DNA from: Trichomonas gallinae
Taxonomy: Eukaryota
Length of the DNA: 64,000 nucleotides
Direction of reading: 5' to 3'
NCBI GenBank assembly: GCA_008369845.1
Contig: MRSU01004809.1
Location: forward strand, 1-64,000
Part shown: positions 47,701-56,726 of the stretch, piece by piece
Layout of the letters: each line of letters starts with the position of its first letter
How positions within the stretch are numbered: position 1 is the first letter of the stretch
Notes under the pieces: model-generated
Told to the model about the DNA's origin: nothing
Seen by the model: the letters and a program-made list of their open reading frames with translations, nothing else
The model's database searches: none
Program-made: the position numbers and the translations under genes

Positions 47701-48387
47701 ATGCCATCACTCAGGAAAGTTCATAAGGAAGAAGAAAAGCCAAAGGAAGAAGATAAAGGTTTCGTGATGCCAACACTCAAGAAGGTTCCTAAAGAGGAAG
47801 AGAAACCAGAGGAAAAGCCTCAGGAAGAAGAGAAGCCACAACTTAAACCGGTCGTCAAAGAGCCAGAGGTAGAAAAGCCTAAGGAAGAGGAAAAACCACA
47901 ACTTAACCCAGTTGTTAAAGAACCAGAAGAGGAAAAGAAAGAAACTATAGTTAAGCCACAGCTTAAGCCTGTCGTCAAAGAGAAGGAAGAAGCACCACAA
48001 GAGCCAGGCTTCGTTAAGCCACAGCTTAAGCCAGTAACAAAGACACCCAAAGATGAGCCTATGGATTCTGGCTTCGTCATGCCGCAGCTTAAGCCAGTTG
48101 TTAAGGAACAGAAGGAAGAGACGCAGGATGCTGGGTTTGTTAAGCCTCAGCTCAAGCCTGTGACTAAAGAACAGAAACCAGAACAGAAGGAAGAACCGAA
48201 GGAGCCAATAATCAAGAAGGAAGATGATGATTATGAATATGTACAGACACCATTCGGCCTCCAGAAGAGGAGAAAGGCGAAGCCAGAAATAAAGCCTAAG
48301 GAGGAGCCGAAGAAGGAAGAGGAACCAACAGGAAACGTGTTTGGCGTTAAATTGCGGAAGACTATTGATCCTTTGTTACAAAATTAG
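44767..48387 (+). CDS. PH-domain, proline-rich protein with multiple WH2-like LKKV/LKPV motifs (putative actin regulator)
   Basis: KEGWIIKQGGRIKTWKKRW...NWIEAF (PH), polyproline tracts, repeated (F)V(M/K)PxL(R/K)(K/P)V, terminal FGVKLRKT. Confidence 0.85.
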   Translation: MSKILKEGWIIKQGGRIKTWKKRWLILFPGSAIYYTEKGGKLKGSFTLSSDSKIEQIYSVKYLPALQVSWPNRKRAYVIHVDQEEELKNWIEAFTNVINTKKPPPDIYIPTSEEVVIRKSRDVAAAGDGNSKGSSAASARRPPTRRPPSRVPTSKSKSSAAKRVKSPEQPKQAAPPSPAKDEQEPNVELNQDFVNKFTALSNANKQQNHLPKPRASLEPSASSAQYNLPLEPGPAPAARSKSPPPPRTTAHNDNKANSPPASNSVSEGSEPKSNDAASEARSSAASANNSILAPAPTGDTGGGVSLAAIQAIKLKKRPAEPAPKKEESKQEQPMNPFEHLKARRVKSGENSSKETEDSMSKSSSSRKQNNDNEITKQNVQSPSADKDNEKNSDKHDSTPEEQQKKSESVSPPILPVPTPQNTPTASLQAKKSPPSSNDSSEHAKLPAPPLPTPPKSNEAESTSENKSKSSSSSQSDKDKIRNYKESSASDEERADLKIKLNDRFIPRESNELFKMHSEEAEEKSFNDINSKPVDHFMSFTPPDTPKKINASEDKALPTFDVPNDDSDNEAKEDKPKKEDKSDEEEKKDDKLSAITPPAEFEEHKEPEPVITPPPQLHQTEQEEDLGTKLPPARNVPFPSPQQQIPPPLPRRMSADIDPSQLPPPFPAASPTAPPPPFVAANPNAPPPAFPAANPNAPPPPFVAANPNAPPPPFVAANPNVTPPPFVAANPNAPPPAFPPANPNAPPPPFVAANPNAPPPNLPPVMGFPAAKPNAPPPNLPPIASGPGSPPRTILIPNASSSPPAQQDPPSPSAAPALLPKGLPPAPPPPPPPPPAPLDPNAPIHKKKRHSSDSSSSSDDEEKSASSESSDDEDSEELRRKERLAKLTAEVRENPTVAIAVENPSSPPSAPAPAPLESEPPKPKSEPKPEPKPAPKVESKPEPEAVGGAPSIQADDLKIKLKKVDRKEPPKEEEKPGFVMPSLRKVHKEEEKPKEEDKGFVMPTLKKVPKEEEKPEEKPQEEEKPQLKPVVKEPEVEKPKEEEKPQLNPVVKEPEEEKKETIVKPQLKPVVKEKEEAPQEPGFVKPQLKPVTKTPKDEPMDSGFVMPQLKPVVKEQKEETQDAGFVKPQLKPVTKEQKPEQKEEPKEPIIKKEDDDYEYVQTPFGLQKRRKAKPEIKPKEEPKKEEEPTGNVFGVKLRKTIDPLLQN
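46780..47045 (+). repeat. 36-nt coding tandem repeat (PPPPFVAANPNA, ~7 copies)
   Basis: Read directly from the translation; synonymous positions differ between copies. Confidence 0.9.
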
Positions 48388-48747
48388 ATATTTTTTAATT
48401 AAAAATAATTTTTATATTATTTTCAGCTAATAAACTATTTATGATGCTTATTTTTATCCAGACAAACAATTATTTACTCACCTAAGTTTCCAATTTTCGA
48501 ATTAAATATTAACATTTTTCCCAAAGGATGTTAATTTCCTCTAAAACTTTTGTGGTATTGTTTCTTTCGATGAATGCATATAGTTACACGTCGATTTTGA
48601 TTTTGAGCTTTGTTTTCGAATTTTTTTCTAAAATAATTGGACCATAATCCTTTTTTTCTCAAGCATTTAAGTTTTATAAAAAGGGAGCTTGAGATAAAGT
48701 CCCCTTGTCATGTTGACAACAAGAAATTAAAAATTTGAATAATTAAT

Positions 48748-49215
48748 TCACTCGACAAAATAGTCGAGGAGTGGTACATTCTCGTTATCAATGAAGTCAA
48801 AGTCGATTTGGAACGGTTCAACTTCGACTTTTGGAACCTGTTCCGCGGGAGCTGCAAATGACGCCTGCTTCCGCATCATTACGCGATTCCAATGGTTTTT
48901 GATGTTGTTCGGTCCCCTGTTCGTGAAGAATTTCGACAATACTGACCATTTTGTGCCGATTTCCTGAACTTTTTCGTATAGAAGCCTCTCTTCGTCTTCT
49001 GACCATTCTCCGTTGCTCAGTCTCGGCGCAAGGCTGTTGAAATACCTATCACGGCACTGCTTGGCGCTTCTGTTCGGCAAAGTCGAACTTATGATCCGCC
49101 AGCAGTTTTCTCCGAGTACTTCGACCAGTTTCAGCAACTGCAAGTCCTCGGCATGTGTGAAGGGTGTCCTTGTCGCACGAGCCTGTTTGAGTTCCCTCGT
49201 GGTGTGCGCAGTCAT
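48748..49215 (-). CDS. R2R3-type Myb protein
   Basis: FTHAED...W..I...LPNRSAKQCRDRY and WSEDEE...GTKW...RGPNNIKNHW. ATG at 49215. Confidence 0.92.
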   Translation of the reverse strand: MTAHTTRELKQARATRTPFTHAEDLQLLKLVEVLGENCWRIISSTLPNRSAKQCRDRYFNSLAPRLSNGEWSEDEERLLYEKVQEIGTKWSVLSKFFTNRGPNNIKNHWNRVMMRKQASFAAPAEQVPKVEVEPFQIDFDFIDNENVPLLDYFVE

Positions 49216-49759
49216 TTTACGCAATGGAACAGATTTTCATTCAATTCTCACTTTTATTTGATATTTAGCATTCATATATCATAAATATCCTATTTTCATG
49301 ATAAAATGTCAAAATTTTAAAATGTGCCCAAAATTTAATTTTGACATAAAATAATGAATAAATATATCTTATAGAGTAAAATTTATGAATCAAAATGAAA
49401 AAATAAACGAAAATTTTCCAAAATTTTTACTATTCTAAACCATGTTTTTTATTATCTTCATACACACTTTATTTATAAATTTCAAATTTTATCCCATTTT
49501 ATTCAATATTTATCAAAAAATTTGTTTTTTTTTTTTAGGTTTGTAATACATTTTATTATGTAGAAAATTTCCTAAAATGAATACATTTAGAATATGATTT
49601 GAAAATATTAAGTTTTATATTTTTGAAAAATATTTTCTACGATATAGTATAGACAAAACAATATATTCTTTAATATATTCATACACATATATCAAATGAA
49701 CTAATTAAAAAGGTTGGATTTGATTTCAGATCCAAAACAAAAAATACGAGTAAGAAAAA

Positions 49760-50329
49760 TCAGCAACATGTTCTATGAGGTATCTCATCTAAGGAGATTC
49801 CATCTGTACCATTTTCTTCCAGCTCTTCTTTATATTTGAAGCCTCTTGAAAGAATATCAAAGAAAGCTTCTTTTATGCCGAATCCATTCTTTGCACTAGT
49901 AAAGAAAAACGATGCTTGTATTGAATTAGCGAATTCTATTGCTTCTTTTTCTTCAACTTCAACACCATCTATTAAATCATATTTGTTGCCACAAAGAACT
50001 ATAGGTAGATCATGAGAATGCCTGGCAACAGACACCCAGCCTGAAAGCTTTTCAAAAGACTTTCTATTAGTGAGATCAAATACTAATATGCATCCAAAAG
50101 CGCCTTGCGAGTAAATTGGTGCCATTGACTGAAACTTTTCCTCTCCAGCAGTATCCCAGACTTGCACTTCTTCTTTTTTGTCTTTATATTCGAAGTAACC
50201 TTTCGAATATGCAGCACCAACTGTAGGATAGACATTAGTATTGAACGAATCTGTCAGCCATTTGTTGACTATTGACGTTTTGCCGACACTTGCATCTCCC
50301 ATCATAACGACTTTCGGCTTAATCTTCAT
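49760..50329 (-). CDS. Rab-family small GTPase
   Basis: GDASVGKTS, PTVG, WDTAGEE, GNKYD, TSAK, C-terminal CC. ATG at 50329. Confidence 0.93.
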   Translation of the reverse strand: MKIKPKVVMMGDASVGKTSIVNKWLTDSFNTNVYPTVGAAYSKGYFEYKDKKEEVQVWDTAGEEKFQSMAPIYSQGAFGCILVFDLTNRKSFEKLSGWVSVARHSHDLPIVLCGNKYDLIDGVEVEEKEAIEFANSIQASFFFTSAKNGFGIKEAFFDILSRGFKYKEELEENGTDGISLDEIPHRTCC

Positions 50330-50999
50330 TTTTTTGGAATTTGAGTTTTCCGATGATAAATTTTGCAAAAATCATTTAAATGACGATGAGATTCCATATT
50401 TTGATCTGAAATAAATTGAATGAATGACAAAAAATTTATGTGCAAAAACAATAAGGTTATTTCCGAAAATTTGCGAAAGAAAATTTCCAAATCAATTCGC
50501 AAGGCCAAAATTGTCATATTTCTCAGTCTCTTGTCTTCTATATGATATATTCAGCATTTACTCGAATTTTTAACATCAAACGGACAGAACCTTGTTATAG
50601 TTGAATTAGCGTATCATAAGAATCATATATCACATTAGTTATGATTTATCGATGTATATTTTCTTGATATCTACTATTTTGAAAGTTTTGATAAAATTGA
50701 TTTAAACAAATTGCTAAAATTCTACGATAAATTAGAATACTACAGCACATTCTTTAAGATATGCATTATACTCTTGCTCATTCAAAATTGAATATTATCA
50801 AGAATAAAAAAAGTTTATGAGCTTTACATCTTATATACAAAGAATGGCTCAAAACTTTAAGCATTCAAACTTTTATATGATAATACATAATATCGAATCT
50901 GAAGCGGCAAAAAATTGATTTCTCTAAACTGATCCAATATATTGTAAAACGACAAAAAAAGATATAGAATAGGATCTAATTTTAATATACTACAAACGA

Positions 51000-53309
51000 T
51001 TACTTTGGAAAGTACATTGCCTGTGAAGCAGGAGGTGGAAGGCCCATTCCTGCCTTTGAAGCCGGAGGTGGCAAACCCATACCTGCCTGTGATGCTGGTG
51101 GCGGAAGACCAAATCCTGCTTGAGAGGCTGGTGGCGGCAAACCCATACCAGCTTTTGATGCAGGTGGTGGTAAACCTGAATGGGATTTGCTCATTACAGG
51201 GAGCTGAGGAAGAGCAGGAAGCTGGCCTGGCTGCACTTGCGGTTGAGGAAGTTGTGGTAGTGGAGGAAGCTGTGCTGGTGCAGATGGCTGTTGTGGGAGT
51301 GGAGATGGAGTAGGAACCTCTTCTTTCTGTGGTGGAGATGAAACAGAAACTGGAGGAGAAGTAGAATTGACGCGAAGCTGGACTTTTTGTGGAACCGAAA
51401 TCATTGTCTGTGGCAAAGTCTGACTGAAGTTGCTCATAACAGGAAGCTGCGCTGGCTGTGGAATCTGAAGAGGCGGCTGACTGTTCTGATTCATCTGCTC
51501 CATCGGTGAAGGCGCCGAAAGAACTGGAGGCAGCTCGTAATCATCGACACTTGATATTCTCTCGAGAGGTCGGTCAATTTCTTGTGGCTGCTGATACTGC
51601 ATTTGAGACTGCTGTTCTTGTTGCTGATACTGCTGATATTGTTGTTCCTGCTGCTGGTATTGTTGCTGCTCTTGTTGATATAGCTGCTGTGGTTGTTCCT
51701 GTTGCTGATACTGCTGATATTGCTGGTACTGCTGTTGTTGGTATTGTTGTTGCGGCTGCTGCATCTGATATTGAGGATTTTGCGAGTGATACATTTGCTG
51801 CTGCTGGAATTGTTGCTGTGGCTGTTGATATTGTGTGTGTTGAGGAATCTGGGAGTGATACTGCTGCTGATAGCCAGATGAGTAGTTCTGTTGGTAGTTT
51901 TGTTGTTGTTGAGGCTGATTTTGTGGAATCTGAGTTGGCTGAGTTGGTGGCATCTCGTATGATTCTAAGTTTGCTGGCTTAAGGTTTTCTTGCTCCTGTT
52001 GATGAGACTTGGATGCATTAATATTCTTTTGTTGCACAACAATGTAATTTTGAAGCTGTAAAGCTTGCATCTGTAATTGATGGATCTGTTGTGCGTAACT
52101 TGGATTCTGTTGCTGTGTTAAAACTGTAATTTGATATTGCATCTGCTGTAAAGTTTGTCTTGCGCGTTGTAATTGCTGTTCTTCTGGGCTTAATTGTTGC
52201 GGTGGTTGTGGAGGTGGAGTATTTGGTGGTTGTTGCTGTTGTGTTTGTGGCGGATTTTGTGTATTTTGCGGTTGTTGAAGTTGTTGCTGTTGTTGATATT
52301 GAATGACGAGTTTCTTGCGCTCCTCCATGTAATTATGGTAGTTTAAGCAGTCAGAGTAGTATGAAATATATTGTTCATAATATTGTTGAGCGACTTGAGG
52401 TCCATATTGTGCTGTATATTGCTTCACTTGCTGCTGGAACTGCAAGAAGTATTGAATTCTTTCCGCTGAAGGCTTTGGAACTGGAGCCAATCTAGAATCA
52501 ATCCAAATGTTCATCGCTGCTTCTTTTTGTTCTGGTGTTTGAGGAGTAGCAGGTGCTGACTGCGCAGGAGTCTGCGTAACAGTAACATTCATCCCGCCAG
52601 AAGAATTAAATTGGCCAGACTTATATGCGCCGCCTGAATTGAATGCCTTTGGTATCTCAGTTGCTGGTGCCGGATTTGCAGGCAAAGCTTCGAATTCGAA
52701 AGATTCCGATTTTTGGATAACAACTGGTGGCGGCTGATCGGACTCGTCAGAACTTTCTTCTTCCATCTCCTGAGCCATATTTTGGCGTCCGAGTTTGGAA
52801 GCTGCTTCCATTGCTTCACTGTCAACATTTGATCCTCTAATTGTAACTCTCCTGCTTTGATCTCTTTCTACTGAGCCCTCCAGCATCGACTTAACGAATT
52901 CCTTCTCGTTGACATTCTTAAATGGCTGAGAAAACGGTGGATCTCGATTTGTATTATAATTGAATTCGACTGTGGCCTGAATTTTGTCACCATTCTTCGT
53001 GTATGGGTAGATGAATGTGATTTTAGTGCATTTATTCTCAGGGAGCAAATATAAATGAAACACAATTTGGAAACAAATTGATTTCGGATCACCTCCATGT
53101 AGAAGGACATTGTGGATCAGTTGGTGCTTGTGGTGCTTCTTGATTGGCATCGAAATGATCTGATTATCAAATTTTGGATGGTAGCCAGAGAACTTCGAAG
53201 AAAAGCACTCATTGTGCGTGCCGTATTCGGAAAAGGACATGTAGTAATGCTTCTTGGAGCCCTTCTCTTCTATATCTTGGATACTCTTGATTCTTATATA
53301 TAAAGTCAT
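51000..53309 (-). CDS. Gln/Pro-rich protein with a globular (possibly C2-like) N-terminus
   Basis: 769-aa ORF; beta-rich first ~130 aa, long Q/Y/P low-complexity region, terminal repeats. Confidence 0.75.
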   Translation of the reverse strand: MTLYIRIKSIQDIEEKGSKKHYYMSFSEYGTHNECFSSKFSGYHPKFDNQIISMPIKKHHKHQLIHNVLLHGGDPKSICFQIVFHLYLLPENKCTKITFIYPYTKNGDKIQATVEFNYNTNRDPPFSQPFKNVNEKEFVKSMLEGSVERDQSRRVTIRGSNVDSEAMEAASKLGRQNMAQEMEEESSDESDQPPPVVIQKSESFEFEALPANPAPATEIPKAFNSGGAYKSGQFNSSGGMNVTVTQTPAQSAPATPQTPEQKEAAMNIWIDSRLAPVPKPSAERIQYFLQFQQQVKQYTAQYGPQVAQQYYEQYISYYSDCLNYHNYMEERKKLVIQYQQQQQLQQPQNTQNPPQTQQQQPPNTPPPQPPQQLSPEEQQLQRARQTLQQMQYQITVLTQQQNPSYAQQIHQLQMQALQLQNYIVVQQKNINASKSHQQEQENLKPANLESYEMPPTQPTQIPQNQPQQQQNYQQNYSSGYQQQYHSQIPQHTQYQQPQQQFQQQQMYHSQNPQYQMQQPQQQYQQQQYQQYQQYQQQEQPQQLYQQEQQQYQQQEQQYQQYQQQEQQSQMQYQQPQEIDRPLERISSVDDYELPPVLSAPSPMEQMNQNSQPPLQIPQPAQLPVMSNFSQTLPQTMISVPQKVQLRVNSTSPPVSVSSPPQKEEVPTPSPLPQQPSAPAQLPPLPQLPQPQVQPGQLPALPQLPVMSKSHSGLPPPASKAGMGLPPPASQAGFGLPPPASQAGMGLPPPASKAGMGLPPPASQAMYFPK
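51012..51177 (-). repeat. 33-nt coding tandem repeat (GLPPPAS[KQ]AG[MF], 5 copies)
   Basis: Read directly from the translation. Confidence 0.9.
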
Positions 53310-54243
53310 TGATAATTTTTGAACTGCGAAATTTTAATTTTATCAATGCTTTATGCTAATAGTGCAGTATTAATCAGTTCTATCAAAATTGAATCTTGAG
53401 TAACGATAATTTTTCGCTCAAATTTTTTTACCAATCAAAGTGAAAGTATATATTAGTAACATTATAATTATATTTTTATGTTTTTCACGATTATCGCGCC
53501 CATAATTTTGTTCACAAAATTGAAAATGATCTCAAGGTTATGATGCATGATATGTGCAACACATAATTCTCAATAATTTTGTAAAAAAAAACAAACCACT
53601 TCTCAAAAACGAGAACATTGGAATACCAATACTGATAATTATTTGCACAAAAAAATAATTTTTTCACAGTTTATAAAATTGAATGCAAATCCTATCAGCA
53701 ACGATAATGTAATTTATCTATAATTACGCATAATTCCAAATTTTGCTCAAACGGATCAAAACTGCCGTGTAAAAAAAAAACTACAATATTATTATAAGTC
53801 CTAAATCAGTTGCTATTGCCTTATTTATCAGTTATAGAATGATATTTCATTGTAGCGAATTTCTTTTATTCATTTTATTCCATTGTTCATTTGAACAATT
53901 GCCTACTTGTCTAGGATAACTTCCATTTGGTAGCTTATATTATCACATCATACCAATAAAATTGCAAATACTGATAATACAAGACTTCTCTACGTGGAAA
54001 TCAAGATTTTTAATTTTAATACATTCGAAATACTTGATTTTACAATGTTATTGAACGATAATGCAAAAATTTACTTGATTCCTTAATACGAATTTGATTT
54101 CCCATGAAGATTTATTGATATTTTTTCATATTTATTGACATTAATTGCAAATTTTTGTGTTTAGAGTTATTAATTATGTTATAGTGACATTAATAAGTAA
54201 TTATTAGATAGCTTAGTTTTAAAAAGTATAAAAAACATTTTAA

Positions 54244-56154
54244 TTAATTTTTCTTCCTTCCGGAAACTTCTTTTGGAACATTATTAGTCTGAACAGGTTC
54301 ATTCTTAACTTCATCGTCATTATTATCCGCTCTTTTCGCTGGCATAATCGAAGATCCAGTTCTTCTCTCGTTATATCTTCTCTTCAAGTCATCGAAATCG
54401 AGGCCAAACTCAGTGGCAATCCTCCTGAGGTCATCCTCGTCAGCTGTAGCCCTCTTAAGGATCTCCATTTGGCTCTCCATTTTTCTCCTTTCTTGGCCGA
54501 GCTGAAGCTTAAGCCTTTCTCTTCTCATCTTGATCTCTTCCTTCCTCGCCTGCTCCTGCTCTATCCTGGCGAGCTTCTCGTCGACTTTCTTCCTGAGCTC
54601 TTCCTTCTCGTTCTGCCTCTTCCTTTCGTTGATTTGCGCCTGCTGAGTCTTGATTTCATTAGAGACTCTCAGCTTGACACTGTTCTGCAGCAGAGTCTTT
54701 TTAGACTGGATCTGGATGGTTCTGGCTCTAGCCTCAGCCTCAAGCATCTTCTTCTCTATCTCCTGGGCTCTCGCTTCTTCATCTTGGCGCTGTTTCTCGA
54801 GCTTTGACGCGATTTTCGCTGACCTGTCTGTCACGCCACTGACTGCTGCCATTGCTCTTTCCAGTCTCTCGTGCTCTATCTTTTTGACTCTCGCCTCTGC
54901 CTGGAGAGCGGACTCGGTCAGCTTCCTCTCCATCTCGTTGCGCTGTTCGATGACTTTCTGTCTCGCTAATGTGACTTTTTCTAGTTTTGCTTTTTCTTTC
55001 TCTGACATTTTCTTTTGTATTTCGAGTCTTTGCTCTTCTGCCTTTTGTATGTTTTCCAGGACTTTCTTGTCCTTCTCTTCTGCGTTCTTTATTCTCTTTT
55101 CCTGTTCTTCCTTCATTTTATCTTCGATTTTCTGCTTGATCAATTTCGCCTGCTCTTCTTTCTTCTTTGTTTCCTCTTCGCGCTGTTTCTTTTCTTCCTC
55201 CATCTTTATTTGCCTCTGCTTCTCTCTTTCTTCGGCATCAGACTGCCTCTGGTCGATCTTCTTGCGCCTTTCTTCCTCCATTTCTCTGATTTTCTTCATG
55301 ACGGACTCCATTTTCTCTTGTCGCCTCTTCTCTTCTTCCTGCTGCTCTTTCTGTCGCCTCTTTTGATCTTCTTCGAGTCTCCTCTGGAATTCTTGCTGCT
55401 GCTGTTCAGCTTTTTTCGCTAATTCTTCTTCCTGCTGCCTCCTCTTCTCTTCCTTCTTCGCCTGGTCCTCCAGACGCTTCTTTATTCGTTCTTTTTCGAG
55501 CTCTTTGTTCTTCTGGATTTCTAATTCGCGTTTTCTTCTCTGTTCGAGTTCTTTTTGCTCTCTTACCTTGGCTTCTTCGTTTGCTTTGTTCATCGAGATG
55601 GCTCCCATCAGCAGCTGCTCGACTTCACGCTTTTGGCGCCTTTCTAACGCATCTAAAGCAGCTTTATCATTTAGAGTCATTCCTACTTCATTTATTTGGG
55701 TCGTTGTTGTCGTAGTCTCTTGCGATTTGTTGTTTTCTGTATTTATTATTCTTTCGCGCTCTTCTTTGACTTGCTGAATCAATTTATCGACGTTTGCGCA
55801 TAATTCTCGTTTTGCGTATGCTCTGCACTCTGGATCTGTAGAATATGTGCTGATACTCATGTCAGATGGGTAAGAAAGGTCTTTTTCAGTGATTCCGAGT
55901 TTGTGCATTGCGCAAATTGTAGCATATTCGGTGAAATGAGCGGGCAAATTTGGGTTAAAGTTTGTTATCGAGCCACCCTGACTTCCTAGTGATCGTCGCA
56001 TTGTTTTTATCTGTGGTTTAAAAGTTGTCGAAGTATTATTTAGTTTTTGCGAGTCATTTTTATCATCCTTCGATTTATTATCCGCGTTATTCCGGTTTTC
56101 TGCCCGAGAGGTCCCTTTTCCGCCACTTTTCCCTGTATCTACTTTAGAACTCAT
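54244..56154 (-). CDS. E/K/R/Q-rich coiled-coil or charged single-helix protein
   Basis: About 450 aa of proline-free EKRQ-rich sequence, preceded by an AMHKLGITEKDLSYP segment. Confidence 0.82.
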   Translation of the reverse strand: MSSKVDTGKSGGKGTSRAENRNNADNKSKDDKNDSQKLNNTSTTFKPQIKTMRRSLGSQGGSITNFNPNLPAHFTEYATICAMHKLGITEKDLSYPSDMSISTYSTDPECRAYAKRELCANVDKLIQQVKEERERIINTENNKSQETTTTTTQINEVGMTLNDKAALDALERRQKREVEQLLMGAISMNKANEEAKVREQKELEQRRKRELEIQKNKELEKERIKKRLEDQAKKEEKRRQQEEELAKKAEQQQQEFQRRLEEDQKRRQKEQQEEEKRRQEKMESVMKKIREMEEERRKKIDQRQSDAEEREKQRQIKMEEEKKQREEETKKKEEQAKLIKQKIEDKMKEEQEKRIKNAEEKDKKVLENIQKAEEQRLEIQKKMSEKEKAKLEKVTLARQKVIEQRNEMERKLTESALQAEARVKKIEHERLERAMAAVSGVTDRSAKIASKLEKQRQDEEARAQEIEKKMLEAEARARTIQIQSKKTLLQNSVKLRVSNEIKTQQAQINERKRQNEKEELRKKVDEKLARIEQEQARKEEIKMRRERLKLQLGQERRKMESQMEILKRATADEDDLRRIATEFGLDFDDLKRRYNERRTGSSIMPAKRADNNDDEVKNEPVQTNNVPKEVSGRKKN

Positions 56155-56726
56155 TTTTCACTAAAATAACGTGTTTACGAAAAGTGACAGTTATTAACAT
56201 TCTTCTTTTTTTCGTGTTTTTTGTATAGGAAAGAACCGAAATCTTCACTTTACCATCATTTTCATGGCCAATTGGAATCAATTACAGCAAATTCGCAAAA
56301 ATTTTCCCAAAATATTTCCGATTAAAATAAATATTAACAAACAAATTCACAAAACAACCATATAACAGCATTTTAAATCAAAATATATCAACATTTATTA
56401 CGTTAAAAATATCTTAATTCATACAAAATACCAAAATACAAAATATTTTTCTTTAAATATTAAACTTATCGTAAAAATTCATATTGAACGATACTATGCT
56501 ACTTAACATAAGTTAATATTTTACTTTGAAATGATAAAATATTAGTAATTTTAAATTCGATCAAATGTAAAATATGTTTTATGGTTTTTGATTATATTGA
56601 GAAATTGTTACATGTCTAAGTTCCTCTTTATATTTATGTAGAAAAAAGAAAATAAAAAAAGAATTAAATTTTGAAAGAATAAACTTTTAATGATATAAAA
56701 TAGTATTACTGGGAAACACAAAAAAA

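Noticed and set aside
45875..48080. Overlapping alternative-frame and antisense ORFs within the PH-domain gene
   Set aside because: By-products of repetitive Pro/Glu/Lys coding sequence.
54469..55777. Long antisense ORFs opposite the coiled-coil gene
   Set aside because: Shadow frames caused by E/K/R codon bias; low-complexity F/S/L translation.
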